The translations under genes and the position numbers were made by a program. From Phycisphaerae bacterium (lineage in GTDB: Bacteria; Planctomycetota; Phycisphaerae; UBA1845), in NCBI GenBank assembly GCA_963666835.2, contig CAXXGO010000006.1, positions 672,001-736,000 of the forward strand: a stretch of DNA of 64,000 nt, in the 5' to 3' direction. Positions 29,999 through 40,693 of the stretch are shown here, piece after piece (within the stretch, counting starts at the first letter, position 1; each line of letters begins with the position of its first letter). The notes under the pieces were generated by a model. It was given only the letters and a program-made list of their open reading frames with translations. It did no database searches and was not told where the DNA came from.

Positions 29999-31102
29999 AT
30001 GGCAAGGCACGAGCGAACGTACTGGGTACTGGCTATCGCGGTAGCGGCCCTTTTCCCGGCCGGTGGGGCATTCGGCACCGAAGCGCCCAAGGCATCAACC
30101 AGACTCCCGGATCTGGATTTAAGCCAGCCTGCGGCAGCGGCCACCGTTGAACGGATATGCGATACCGCCGTGAGCAATATCGCCCGCCGCTACAACCTGA
30201 ACGAGGAACAGACCCGAACCACCAGCGAGCTGATGAAGCGGGAGGTCGGCAAGTTCATCGAGGAACATGAGGAGCTGGTCTGGCCCGTTATCCGCGAGCT
30301 GCTGGCCAAGCAGCTTCAGCCGCCCGAGAACGCCGCGGAGCTCAAGCGGCTTGGGAAGTCGGCGCGAGAACTGGCGGCGCTGGCCAAGGATGCCATCTTC
30401 CGCGCCAACGCGGAGTGGCGGCAGATGCTCTCCGACGAGCAGAAGGCCGTACACGACTTCGATCTGGCCGAAATGGAAAAGACCTTCGACAAGATGGACC
30501 AGACTCTTGGTGGTTGGGAGAAGGGTGAGCACACGCATGATCCGATGTTCCCGCCGCCCAACATGGCCGGCAGTCCGCCGCGCCCGTCGAAGCCGGCGGA
30601 GGGGACGATTCCCGAGCCGAAGCAGGAGTTCTTCAAGGTTACGATCTTCGATACTTTCGTCGAGGAGTTCATCAAGGACTACAACCTGGATGCGGCTCAG
30701 AAGGAAACCGCCCGATCCATCCTGAAGGAGTTCAAGGCCAAGGCGAACGACTTCAAGAGTGCCAAGTCGGCCGAGTTTGCTCAGATTGAATCGTCCCGCG
30801 CCAAGGCTGTGCGCGATCGGGACTACAAGAAGGCCGCCGAGGCGGACGCTTCGCGTAAGAAACTGCTCGAGCCGGTGTATCAGCTTTTTGCTGAGATGAG
30901 AGACCGGCTTAAGAGCTTGCTCACGAGTACTCAGTTGGAGCTGTTCGCCGCTAAGAACAAGGGCGAGACCTCAGAGAAGAGCGAAGACACTAGTCCGAAG
31001 AAGGACGAGAAGCCTCAAATCAAGAAGAGGACCTCGGCCGAGGTGAAGAAGTCTGGCGAGAAGAAAGAACCTAAGCCGGCCAAGACCACGCCGAACCCGT
31101 AG
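29999..31102 (+). CDS. Hypothetical secreted helical protein
   Basis: Signal peptide; two repeats of YNLxxxQ...L(S/T)xxQ; K/E-rich tail; stop TAG coincides with a REP GTAG. Confidence 0.75.
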   Translation: MARHERTYWVLAIAVAALFPAGGAFGTEAPKASTRLPDLDLSQPAAAATVERICDTAVSNIARRYNLNEEQTRTTSELMKREVGKFIEEHEELVWPVIRELLAKQLQPPENAAELKRLGKSARELAALAKDAIFRANAEWRQMLSDEQKAVHDFDLAEMEKTFDKMDQTLGGWEKGEHTHDPMFPPPNMAGSPPRPSKPAEGTIPEPKQEFFKVTIFDTFVEEFIKDYNLDAAQKETARSILKEFKAKANDFKSAKSAEFAQIESSRAKAVRDRDYKKAAEADASRKKLLEPVYQLFAEMRDRLKSLLTSTQLELFAAKNKGETSEKSEDTSPKKDEKPQIKKRTSAEVKKSGEKKEPKPAKTTPNP

Positions 31103-31895
31103 GGCAGGTCGAGGTACGAGACCTGCCGCAAAGGCGAGCGTCGCGCGAGGACCACGTAGGGCACGGTCGAGGCACGAGACCTGCCATCAAGGCCGCCAAT
31201 GGCTCGAGCTGCACGAACATGCGCCACTTGTGTGCCTCGCGGAACCAGCCCGTCAGGGCGACAGCTCTGCCCAGCCCGTGGCGTGAGCCGCGGGATCGCG
31301 TCGTACGTCAACCCCAGCCCCGCCCCGGGGCGGCACTTCGGCATTGGAAGAGGTACCGGCCGGCGCCAACGTATTCCCCTTATGATGTTGAATCACCGGC
31401 GTCCGATCCAAACCTCGATGTCTTGTGCCGCCCCCGAGGGGGCTTGGCGCGAGGCGGCCGCACGGTTCCCCCAGGCTTACGCCATGGGGCTACAGCACCT
31501 GTCGCCCCAAGGGGCTTGGCTTGCGACACGATCGAGGCACGAGACCTGCCGAGATGGCGCGCGTCGCGCGAAGACCACGGAGGGTACGGTCGAGGTACGA
31601 GACCTGCCGTCCTGGGTGCCATGGGCAAGCGTCGCCGATTTGCGCAGCGAAGTACCGGTCGTCACTCGATCTCGCGTTAGGGTCATGGACCGTTCCAGCT
31701 TGCCCGTGATGCCTGCGGCTCGCCAAGCTCCACGGGTCAACAAGTTGACCCATGACACCCGGTTGTCACCCCCTGTAGGGCATGGTCGAGGCACGAGAGA
31801 ATAGGTGCGACTGGGTCGCACCCTATCGGCTGTCGCCCAAACGGGGCTCCACTACCGCTGCCGCCCCGCGCTGCTCGAGAGCAGTGGCACACCCG
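31099..31895. repeat. Mosaic of REP-like palindromes between convergent genes
   Basis: GTAG-family REPs at 31099, 31156, ~31525, ~31580 and 31775; GGGTCAACAAGTTGACCC at ~31734; CTGCTCGAGAGCAGTGGCAC at ~31871; an inverted-repeat element at ~31245-31520. Confidence 0.85.
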
Positions 31896-31916
31896 AAGAC
31901 TGGGTGTGAAGCAGCC

Positions 31917-32645
31917 CTAGAACTTGCCGAGAAGAGGGATGGCGGAGATCGCAACGTCGCCGTCGCGGATGGTGCTGTAATCGGTGGGTCCTTCGACCTT
32001 GCGATCCCAATACGGAGCGCCGTAACCGAAGGTGGCTACTTCCGGGCTATCCGCGGTCAGGCGGTCGAATTGCATGGGGACCGGCTCGACGGCTACCGGT
32101 ACCCGGTGGATCCGGTCCAACGCGTCCGGAGGAATGGGTGACGGAAGATTGACACTCCAGAAGCCCGGTCCGGGTAGAGTCTCATCGAGAAGATCGGGGA
32201 TGACGGCGGCGCACACCTCGGCGGCTCTGGTCCAATCGAGCTCGACTCCGCGCCGAATCGCTTGGGATAATGCGATGGAGCGAATGCCCAGGATGGCCCC
32301 CTCGCGCGCCCCGGCGATCGTCCCCGAGTAGAAGACATCCACCCCGGAGTTGGCGCCCCGGTTTATCCCGGATACGACCAGATCGATCGGGCCGTTCATC
32401 AGTTCCGCATGGGCCAGTCGAACGCAATCGGCGGGAGTTCCGCCAACCGCAAAGACCTGCCCGGCCACGTCGCAAGTCCTGTGCTCCACCGTTATCGGTC
32501 CGCGCAGGGTGATCATGTGGCTGCACGCCGAGCGCTCTGAGGCGGGGGCGACCACGTAGATCTTGCCCAGCCCGGCCAGAGCCCGATAGGCGGCGAGAAT
32601 CCCGGGAGCGTCCCATCCGTCGTCATTGGTAAGCATGATATTCAT
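31917..32645 (-). CDS. surE: 5'/3'-nucleotidase SurE
   Basis: LTNDDG..APGI, GTPADCV, VSGINRGAN, YSGT. Confidence 0.95.
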   Translation of the reverse strand: MNIMLTNDDGWDAPGILAAYRALAGLGKIYVVAPASERSACSHMITLRGPITVEHRTCDVAGQVFAVGGTPADCVRLAHAELMNGPIDLVVSGINRGANSGVDVFYSGTIAGAREGAILGIRSIALSQAIRRGVELDWTRAAEVCAAVIPDLLDETLPGPGFWSVNLPSPIPPDALDRIHRVPVAVEPVPMQFDRLTADSPEVATFGYGAPYWDRKVEGPTDYSTIRDGDVAISAIPLLGKF

Positions 32646-33039
32646 GTTTGGTGTTTCGCTTTATTGCGGGTGAGCTGCCGGGCCCGGGGTACACCTTGCC
32701 CGAACGGCATCGCCGACTTTGTGTTCAAACCTTGCAAGACCCGCGCCGCGGGGCGGGACTCGACTTACGGGCAACACTCGCTCCCATAAACCCGGATCAC
32801 GGAGAACCAACTATATTACTTGGCCGGGCTCGCTCCCCAATCGTAGGCTTCAACGGGCTAGATACTCCAAATTGCCCAGGCTCTACAAGCGCGTCTGCCG
32901 AGGCCGATCTCACCGGCGCGCCGGAGTCGATCGCGTCGGGGGAGCGTGCGGTCGTCGCATTGCGACGGGATAAGAAGTGATGCCCAGTCAGTTTCAAGAC
33001 TGGAGGGTCTAACGTCTGGATGTTCGAGGGAGAGGGGGC

Positions 33040-34323
33040 ATGCACAGCACTACGGCACATCCGAGCGGGTCGATCATCGATCTGCCAAGCAGCGCACCTA
33101 CCGTTCGCGTTACGGCCGGCGTTGGTTCAGCAGGGCAGAAGACCTGGAACATCCGGCGTCCGGTGACGTTAATCGGTTCACGGCGTCCTGCGCACATCGT
33201 CCTGCACGATCGCAACGTCAGCGTTGCCCATTGCGTTATCGTTCATACGGGAACCGAAGTGCTGCTGAAGGACCTGCACACCACCGGCGGCACGCTACGC
33301 AATAACGATCCTATCGATCTGATTGTGCTCAACGACGGCGATGTTGTTGCAATAGGGCGGACGAAGATCCAGGTGGCGATTCAGGCTTCGCAGGATGTTA
33401 ACGAAGACTCGGGTTGCGGGATCGAGTATGTGGAGCCCACAAAGCTCCCCAAACCACTGACCCTGCGGCTGGAGCATACGGATCGGCGATGGCAGGTTGA
33501 AGATGCCGTGACGCTGATCGGCCGGCACCGCAAGGCTGCGATAAGGATCGAAAAAGAGGACGTGTCCACCCGCCACGCGATCTTGTTTCGCTTTGCCAGA
33601 GAGGTGGCAGTCTTTGACCTGGGGAGTCGCACCGGGACCTCCGTAAACGGCGAGCCCTGTTCATTGGCTCGGATTCCCAGCGGAGCGTGCATAGGTCTGG
33701 GAGCCTGCAGTCTGCTTGCCGGCTTGGCGGATGTGCCGGCAGCAGCGCCGCAGACGCCTGCTACGCCCCAGCCACAATCCGATCGTGCCGAGAACCTCGG
33801 GGCGTCAGGCAGGGCGGAAGCTCCTCCGCGGCCCCAGGCGCCGCCGCCGCCGTTACCCCGGCGCGAGGACGCGCCGGCGCGATCACTTGGGGAGATCCAG
33901 ACCGAGTTGACCTCGTTGCATTCCAACATCTCTGAGTCGTGGGATCGCCTTAACGCCTGGCAATCTCAGCTCCGACAGGACGCTGACCGCCTGAGCGAGC
34001 AGGATGAGAGCCTGACCAGTCGCGAGGCCGAGTTGGATGCTCGAGACGCCGCGCTTCGTGGGCATTTGCATGATGTCACCAGCTACAACGAGCAGATCCT
34101 GGAGCGAGAGCGCGAGCTGGCCGCCGAGGCCGCCCGCATTCAGGAGAAGCGCGACGAGCTGGCCTCAACGATGGCGGACCTAGCCAAACGGGAAGCAGAA
34201 GTTGCCCGTCGGGCAGATGAACTAAAGCGCCGCGAGCACGTAGTAGCCCAGCGATGGGCGCGGGTTCAATCCGCCACCTGTCCGCACTGTCGGAAGCCGA
34301 TCCGGAGCGATTCGGCCCCTTAA
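33040..34323 (+). CDS. Tandem-FHA domain protein with coiled coil
   Basis: Two FHA-like domains (IGS..VSVAHC..; IGR..VSTRHA..DLGSRTGTSVNG), Pro-rich linker, coiled coil, terminal CPHC. Confidence 0.85.
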   Translation: MHSTTAHPSGSIIDLPSSAPTVRVTAGVGSAGQKTWNIRRPVTLIGSRRPAHIVLHDRNVSVAHCVIVHTGTEVLLKDLHTTGGTLRNNDPIDLIVLNDGDVVAIGRTKIQVAIQASQDVNEDSGCGIEYVEPTKLPKPLTLRLEHTDRRWQVEDAVTLIGRHRKAAIRIEKEDVSTRHAILFRFAREVAVFDLGSRTGTSVNGEPCSLARIPSGACIGLGACSLLAGLADVPAAAPQTPATPQPQSDRAENLGASGRAEAPPRPQAPPPPLPRREDAPARSLGEIQTELTSLHSNISESWDRLNAWQSQLRQDADRLSEQDESLTSREAELDARDAALRGHLHDVTSYNEQILERERELAAEAARIQEKRDELASTMADLAKREAEVARRADELKRREHVVAQRWARVQSATCPHCRKPIRSDSAP

Positions 34324-34389
34324 GCGCACCGGATGGCCGAGAAAACCAGCCCGTGGTGCGCACGCTGGAAATCACCGGGTGACCGGGCA

Positions 34390-34869
34390 CTATTCGCGCA
34401 GGATCATCCCGGTTACTTCCGCCTCAAAGACCATCTTCCCGTTAACCACACCTTGCGTGGCGGAGATGATCCGACGGGACCGGTACGTTTTCCCCGCAGC
34501 GAGTATGTACAGACGGCAGGGGGCCACGACCGCATCGCGGAACTTGCACTGATCAATGCCCCCGAACCCCATGAACCCGTCGTAGACGTTGAGCAGCTTC
34601 GCCAGTACGGCCGATGCCTGCCCCGCCATCTCCAACATAAGCACCCCCGGCAGCAGAGGCCTGTCCGGCACGTGCCCCCGGAACCACCAGTCATCGGGGC
34701 GGATGTCCCGGTAGGCCACGATCTGTCGGGCATCGAGGTCTACGTGGCAGATCCCGTGCAGCAACATGAACTCGTGGCGGTGTGGCAGAAGCTCGTAGAT
34801 CTGCTCCTGGGTCAGACGAGTTTGGCTCAGGTCGGTTTCGTCAAGGTTGACCAAGAACGGGGGAGGCAT
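34390..34869 (-). CDS. 3-hydroxyacyl-ACP dehydratase (FabZ/FabA family)
   Basis: LLPHR, WFRGHVP..PLLPGVLMLE, KFRDAV. Confidence 0.88.
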   Translation of the reverse strand: MPPPFLVNLDETDLSQTRLTQEQIYELLPHRHEFMLLHGICHVDLDARQIVAYRDIRPDDWWFRGHVPDRPLLPGVLMLEMAGQASAVLAKLLNVYDGFMGFGGIDQCKFRDAVVAPCRLYILAAGKTYRSRRIISATQGVVNGKMVFEAEVTGMILRE

Positions 34870-35045
34870 GAAGGCCGCTCCATCCACTTTGTCCACGTAT
34901 GCCCGGCACCGCGCCGGGCCGCGGTCATTCCCCACAGGCAAGGCCGACCCGTCGGTCGGCGCGCGCCCCCGAGCCTCGATGGAGCAGCGGCTCCCTCGCC
35001 AAGCCGGAGCAAGGCACCCAACCGATCGGTCGAGCCACTTTGGTA

Positions 35046-35225
35046 CTACGCTCTATCTTCCGCGCGGACTTCCAGGATCTTCTTACGAACCTCCTGCGCG
35101 GCCTCCTTGACATCCTGCATTGTCTTGCGAACACGCGTACCCGCAGCCTTATTGCCGCCCGACGCCTTGCTGACATCATCAGCAGCCGCCTCAACCAGCT
35201 CTCTCAGGCGTTCGTATTCTTCCAT
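35046..35225 (-). CDS. Histone H1-like (Hc1-family) small protein, 59 aa
   Basis: Hand translation MEEYERLRELVEAAADDVSKASGGNKAAGTRVRKTMQDVKEAAQEVRKKILEVRAEDRA; GGAGGT RBS; absent from the supplied ORF track. Confidence 0.85.
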   Translation of the reverse strand: MEEYERLRELVEAAADDVSKASGGNKAAGTRVRKTMQDVKEAAQEVRKKILEVRAEDRA

Positions 35226-35690
35226 GCCGGCGGACCTCCCGTTAGTAGCAGCCCTCGGGTGCGGTCGTTACGCAACCGCACGTTGGCAGAAAGTCTAGCA
35301 GAGCGAGGGCGCGGCTGCAAAGGACCCGGCCGCGTAAAAACCGTGCTGGCGTACGCTGTAACGCAGTTTTTATTGGCCGGATCAGCGAACCGTTAATCCG
35401 GCCCTATTTTGTCTTGCGACGTAACCTATGTATTTTTAAGGCTTTACGGGGATAGGCTTTCTCGGCCTGCCCCAAGCCTGAATCCCGCGTGACAACCCAG
35501 TTAAGGCCGCCGGGAGGCTCCAATAATACTGAAATCGCAGATTCGACAATTCGACCTGAGGCAAGAGTGATCGGTCGAGAGCGGAGCCTAATTCGTATAG
35601 TGAACTTCTTAATGCGTCCGATATCTGGCTCGTGTTCGCATGGAGGCGGCACACCGGTTCGAGAAGGCGAAAACCCAGCAGAGAAGGTGC

Positions 35691-36950
35691 ATGATGCGAT
35701 CTGCAACGATCTGGCACGGATGCCTCATCGGCATGGCCGTCACTTGCGTACCGGCGTTGGCCGGCGACGTTGATCCCGTACGCGTGCAGTCTCGCACCTT
35801 CGAGATTGAGTACGAGGTCAATCCCGCGGCTCTTCCGCTGACTGCCGTCCGTCTGTGGTACACTCTAGACGAAGGGCGAACCTGGACTGCGCACGCCAAC
35901 GATGAGGACTGTGTGTCACCGGCTACGTTCCATGCAACTCAGGAGGGCTTATACGGGGTCTTCTTCCAGCTCGAGAACGCGACCGGGGTGTCCAGTACAC
36001 CTCCGGGCTCGTCCACCATTCCCCATCAGTGGGCTTTCGTCGACGAAACTCCGCCGGTCGTTCAGCTTCACGAGTTGCGGCAGACCACCATGTTGGGGCA
36101 GCGCGTCGTTCAGATTCGCTGGACGGCGGTTGACGCGAATCTGACGCCGCGGCCTATAGAGATCGAATACCAGCGGCTACCCGGTGGGCAGGCGACTTCC
36201 GTGGTCGACGATCCCATCGCCAATACCGGTCGCTATGACTGGCGGTTGCCGGACGATCTGGCAGGCTCCGCAGCGGTGCGTCTCTTCGTCAACGATTGCG
36301 GGGGGCATCGCGTCGCCAGCGAACGGCAGATTGTCGAGATCCTTCCTCTTCCAGGGCATGCAACGCCTGTGGGGCTCTCTGCGACGGGCCTTGCGGAGCC
36401 TTCTCGCCAGCAGGTGGCTGTGGCCACCAGTTCCGACTTCGAAGGTCGGAACGCCCTTCGAGGCCGTCAGCTTTACAGGGAGGCCTTAGCGTTTCGTGAT
36501 CTCGGTGATTATCGCCAAGCGGTGTCGCGGCTGCGTGAAGTAGTCAAGCTGGATCCGCAGATGGCGGAAGCGTTTTCCGAGATGGGGGCGATGCTCTACC
36601 TGCTCGGTGATTACGACGAAGCCCTGGCCGCGTTCGACATAGCCTTGGCACAGAAACCCGCACTGCGTTCCGCTTTGCAGGGGGCGGCGAAGGTCTTCCG
36701 GCAGAAGCACGATTACGCCTCCGCGGCCGCGCACCTGCGGACGATTCTCAGGTATAACCCGAACGACGCCGAGACCTGGATGTTCCTCGGGGACGTGGGC
36801 ATTTTCCAGGGTGACGAGGCTCTGGCACGAGAATGCTACATTCGTGCTACCCAGATCGACCCGGAGGCCACGGTGGTCATTGAGCAGGCGGGGAAACGGC
36901 TCGCGTTGATGGCGGATGTTTCGCGATCATATCGGCAAAAAGGACATTGA
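35691..36950 (+). CDS. Secreted protein with beta-rich N-terminus and C-terminal TPRs
   Basis: Signal peptide; LWYTLDEGRTW, VDETPP; TPR repeats. Confidence 0.8.
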   Translation: MMRSATIWHGCLIGMAVTCVPALAGDVDPVRVQSRTFEIEYEVNPAALPLTAVRLWYTLDEGRTWTAHANDEDCVSPATFHATQEGLYGVFFQLENATGVSSTPPGSSTIPHQWAFVDETPPVVQLHELRQTTMLGQRVVQIRWTAVDANLTPRPIEIEYQRLPGGQATSVVDDPIANTGRYDWRLPDDLAGSAAVRLFVNDCGGHRVASERQIVEILPLPGHATPVGLSATGLAEPSRQQVAVATSSDFEGRNALRGRQLYREALAFRDLGDYRQAVSRLREVVKLDPQMAEAFSEMGAMLYLLGDYDEALAAFDIALAQKPALRSALQGAAKVFRQKHDYASAAAHLRTILRYNPNDAETWMFLGDVGIFQGDEALARECYIRATQIDPEATVVIEQAGKRLALMADVSRSYRQKGH

Positions 36951-36954
36951 TTGA

Positions 36955-37953
36955 ATGGAAGCACCGTCGGCAAAACTGAAACCGGTGTTCGCAATCGTCG
37001 GACCCGATCGGTTTCTGCGCCGGGAAGCTCTGCAGGGTATTCTCGCGCAGGCCGGGGAGGATTTCGACCATATCGAGCGGGTCGAAGGCGCTACGGCCGT
37101 ACTGGCCGAGGTGCTCGATGGTGTCCGAACTATGTCGCTGCTGGGTTCGTGCCGGGTAGTAGTCGTCGATGGGGCCGATCCGTTTATTACCGCCCATCGC
37201 GCCGCTCTGGAGCGTTACTGTGCGGAGCCGGCTCCGGGTGGGTGTCTTATTCTCGGCTGCAACTCTTTGCCGAAAAACACGCGCCTCTATCGGATCATCA
37301 ACGAACAGAATGTCGTTATCCACTGCGAGCCCCCGAAAGGTCGCGCGGTGACCGCGTGGATCACGGCTCGAGCCCGTTCCGTTCATGGAAAGAACCTCGG
37401 GGCGGTAGCGGCACAGGCGCTTCGCCGCCAGATCGGCGACAGCCCCGGACTCCTTGATGCCGAATTGGGCAAGCTCTCCGCTTACGTCGGATCACGTCCG
37501 GAGATTGCCCCGGAAGATGTCAGCGCCCTTACCGGGCATCATCGCGAGGAGAAGGTGTTTGCCATTACCGATGCGATTTCCTCCGGCGACACTAAGACGG
37601 CACTTCGCCATTGGCGGCAAGTGCTGGCCACGGATCGCGCCGCTCCGGCTCGAGCTATCGCCGGTCTGGCGTGGGGGGTCCGGCGTCTGCTGCAGGCCAA
37701 GTGTGATTGGGCGGACGGTACGGATCTTCGCGAACTGGCCCGCCGGATGTACGTGGACCCCGGAGTGTTACGAGACCGGCTGGAAGGTTTCACTATCGGG
37801 GAGTTCGAGGACCAACAACAGGATCTTCTCTCTGCGGATGTAGCCATAAAGACCGGCGCCACAACCGCAGATATCGGGGTCGAGAAGTTCATTGTGAAGC
37901 ACAGCGAACGCCGACGAACAGCGCATACTCGGCGAACAGGAAACGCATCATGA
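36955..37953 (+). CDS. holA: DNA polymerase III delta subunit
   Basis: AIVGPDRFL, TMSLLGSCRVVVV, ELGKLSAY, VFAITDAI, DVAIKTG. Confidence 0.88.
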   Translation: MEAPSAKLKPVFAIVGPDRFLRREALQGILAQAGEDFDHIERVEGATAVLAEVLDGVRTMSLLGSCRVVVVDGADPFITAHRAALERYCAEPAPGGCLILGCNSLPKNTRLYRIINEQNVVIHCEPPKGRAVTAWITARARSVHGKNLGAVAAQALRRQIGDSPGLLDAELGKLSAYVGSRPEIAPEDVSALTGHHREEKVFAITDAISSGDTKTALRHWRQVLATDRAAPARAIAGLAWGVRRLLQAKCDWADGTDLRELARRMYVDPGVLRDRLEGFTIGEFEDQQQDLLSADVAIKTGATTADIGVEKFIVKHSERRRTAHTRRTGNAS

Positions 37954-39233
37954 CGGGTAATCACGTTTCTTCGGCTATCCGGCATAGCTTGTTGGTGCTG
38001 GCAATCGCGGCGTCTTTGGCCGGCTGTGCGAATCTCCAACCGCATTATTCCGGACCGGTGCAGACCACTCCGGCACCGGCCCAAGTCGAGCCGCAAACCG
38101 CCGCCGAGCCCGATCCGGCCGGTGAGCCGCCGCAACGTGAGATGCTTGCCGCAATCGCCGATTTTCTGGAGCGGACCGGTGAATACGGGCTGAGTCCCGA
38201 GACACAGCCCCTTCCCGAGATCACGCGCACGGCGGTGACGCCGCCTTCGTGGGACTCCGCACCGGCCGGTCCCCGAGCCGCACGCGCCGCTGTCGAACCG
38301 CGGCAGGTTGTTTCTGAAGCGGTCGCACCGGAGACGGCTATCGCCAACACCCGCATGGTGCTGACCGACGCTGAGCCGGCCGCGACCGGTCCGGCCTTGC
38401 CGGTGGTCAAACGTGTTACGATTCGTTCCGCACAGCCGAAACCGACACCGCAAGCAGCGCCTCCGGATAACACTACCAACGAGCCGATGGAGTTCTACCC
38501 GAATGAGGCGGTGGTTACGGTGGACAAGTTTCTCGAGCACCTCGAGGCTGCCCATCAGCAGAATCGGGATTTTGATTCTGAGTGGCAGCTTCGTCTCGTA
38601 AGAGCGGCTCTGAATCGCGAAGATCAATCGGGTGAATCCGCCACGAACCTCAGTCCGAACGCTTGGAGTATCCTGACCGACCTGATCCGCGTGGGAGTCG
38701 CCGCCCGACGGGTCGCCCGGAACCCGCTTCTATCCGGGGAGGAGGCGCTCACATGCGTCGATGACCTCCGTTTGGAGTTGGCCGACCGAGCGGATCCAAT
38801 CATCTCGACCATAGCATTGTGCCGCAAGGTTGTCACTTTCGGGGTGTTTGAGGAGCTGGATGCGGATCGGTTCGTCGCCGGCCGGTCCGTCGCGGCGATC
38901 GTTTACTCGAGCATTCGCAACTTGCGGTCCGAGCAGACGTCCGACGGGCGGTACCAAGCCCGGCTCGCCACCCGGCTGGAGGTGCTCACTGCGGCCGGGC
39001 AACCCGTTTGGCAACATGAAGAGCCCGAGATTGTGGACACGTGCCGGGAGCGGCGGACGGACTTTTTCGTTGCTCAGCGGATCGTTCTGCCGCCCACCCT
39101 TGTGGCCGGTGACTACGTGCTGAAAGTGATGGTCGAGGACAAACTTGCGGAAAGGACCAACGAGGGTCTGCACCGCTTCTCGATTGCGGCGTCGACCTCG
39201 GTAGCGTCGAGGCGTTCGGGTTGGCCGCCGTAA
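37950..39233 (+). CDS. Hypothetical lipoprotein
   Basis: Lipobox LAGC; ATGA overlap with holA. Confidence 0.75.
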   Translation: MTGNHVSSAIRHSLLVLAIAASLAGCANLQPHYSGPVQTTPAPAQVEPQTAAEPDPAGEPPQREMLAAIADFLERTGEYGLSPETQPLPEITRTAVTPPSWDSAPAGPRAARAAVEPRQVVSEAVAPETAIANTRMVLTDAEPAATGPALPVVKRVTIRSAQPKPTPQAAPPDNTTNEPMEFYPNEAVVTVDKFLEHLEAAHQQNRDFDSEWQLRLVRAALNREDQSGESATNLSPNAWSILTDLIRVGVAARRVARNPLLSGEEALTCVDDLRLELADRADPIISTIALCRKVVTFGVFEELDADRFVAGRSVAAIVYSSIRNLRSEQTSDGRYQARLATRLEVLTAAGQPVWQHEEPEIVDTCRERRTDFFVAQRIVLPPTLVAGDYVLKVMVEDKLAERTNEGLHRFSIAASTSVASRRSGWPP

Positions 39234-39458
39234 TCTATGCTGATAAAGAAGGTTATGGTGCGGTGCCCACTGTGGGGTATTGCCGCTTCGGTGGAACAAG
39301 GGCAGAGAATCGACAGGATCTTGATAGATCGCTAACTGAAACGGCTTGGCGCCGTCTACCTGGACGGTACACTCAATGTTATCGGTTGTGCGGCGTTCCG
39401 CCGGCGCGGTCCGGAGCGCGCAACCCGTGTTTAGTCACGCGTTAGTTCAGAACGGAGT

Positions 39459-40367
39459 ATGATTATGAAACGAGTGCTCAGTCTGGTATGCATTCTGGTG
39501 GTTTCGACCGCCGCGTTCGCTCAACAGTCGGAATCGACGGAGATCACCACAGTAACCACAACGGTTAGCGGCGGTGAAGATCTGATGACCCAGCTTTGGT
39601 TCATGGAAGACGCTACGCCGTTAGAGACGGGCAAGCTCGATTTGCGGCTGGGCTTCTCCTGGGTTACAGAGTCAGAACACGCGAATCTCGGTGAATCCAG
39701 CGACGACTTCGTGTTGACGTCGGCGCTTGTCTGGGGAGCTGCCGAGAATCTGGAGCTGTCGCTTGCCGTAGGAAGCTGGTTGGGTGACGGCGGTGATGTC
39801 GGACCGTTCGAAGACGGCAACCACGATACTACCGTCGGTTTGCTGTGGCGCATCCACGAGCAGGGTGACGAGTGCCCGGGGCACGGGTGTATTCAGTTAC
39901 CGAGTATCGCCCTATCGGCCGCTGTACGCATCCCGACAGGCTGCAGCTCGAGTGGGATGGATGGTGAGCTCCGCTTGGTTATGACGCACAACTACGACAA
40001 CGGCATTCGCTCGCATCTGAATGCCTTTGTGAAGGCGGTGGACGACGATAATCTGGAGAGCGTCAACCCTGACTACCGCTGGTGGTGGGATAACCGCGAC
40101 GACGTGGATGTTCGCAGTACCCAATGGGGTGTCGTCATCGGTGCAGACGGCCCGCTGTGTGCTGATGGAGCGGTCCGCTGGGTAGCCGATTACGTCCACC
40201 GCAGCAGTCGGTTCGATGGCGGAGACGAATTGGACATTCTCGAGCTCGGTTGGGAATGGACCGCGGACAGGCATAAGTTCGGCATGTCGGTGCATGGCGG
40301 CTTGGATCACACCGGTGAGAACCCGAACTTTGGTGCCGGCTTGATGTACTCGCTGTCGCTGGGATAA
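39459..40367 (+). CDS. Putative outer-membrane beta-barrel protein
   Basis: Signal peptide ending AFA; alternating beta-strand pattern; aromatic C-terminal strand. Confidence 0.7.
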   Translation: MIMKRVLSLVCILVVSTAAFAQQSESTEITTVTTTVSGGEDLMTQLWFMEDATPLETGKLDLRLGFSWVTESEHANLGESSDDFVLTSALVWGAAENLELSLAVGSWLGDGGDVGPFEDGNHDTTVGLLWRIHEQGDECPGHGCIQLPSIALSAAVRIPTGCSSSGMDGELRLVMTHNYDNGIRSHLNAFVKAVDDDNLESVNPDYRWWWDNRDDVDVRSTQWGVVIGADGPLCADGAVRWVADYVHRSSRFDGGDELDILELGWEWTADRHKFGMSVHGGLDHTGENPNFGAGLMYSLSLG

Positions 40368-40500
40368 TCGGCCGAACGGCGTAATAATCTGCAAACGACT
40401 TACGGGAGCCCGAGCGCCGGTCGCTTGGGCTCCCGTTTCTGTTGCCCGCACCGGATGAGCCACACCGCCGCGGGAGGCGTCGGTCGTGTTTCCGGGGGTG

Positions 40501-40641
40501 GGTTGGAAGCCTGCGCTACGGGGGGCGTATTCCGTTACCGTGGAGCCGGCGTTTCCCAGGGGCAGGCTGGAAGCCTGCGTTACGGGAGCGTGTCTTGTTG
40601 CGGTTGCCCTGTGTTTGGGCAGGCTGGACGCCTGCGTTACG
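40501..40641. repeat. Three copies of GGCTGGAAGCCTGCGTTACG-type repeat
   Basis: Copies at 40501, ~40565 and ~40622; the same family occurs at ~23413, 47046, 49081-49147, 54623 and 62632. Confidence 0.8.
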
Positions 40642-40693
40642 TTGCCGTTGCTTTCTGCATTGACGAGAGCCGGAGGATGAGCCGCGAGCGTCT

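Noticed and set aside
40501..40641. Mini CRISPR array (three ~20-nt repeats at ~60-nt period)
   Set aside because: The repeats are short and degenerate and are dispersed in both orientations across the window, which fits a REP-like family.
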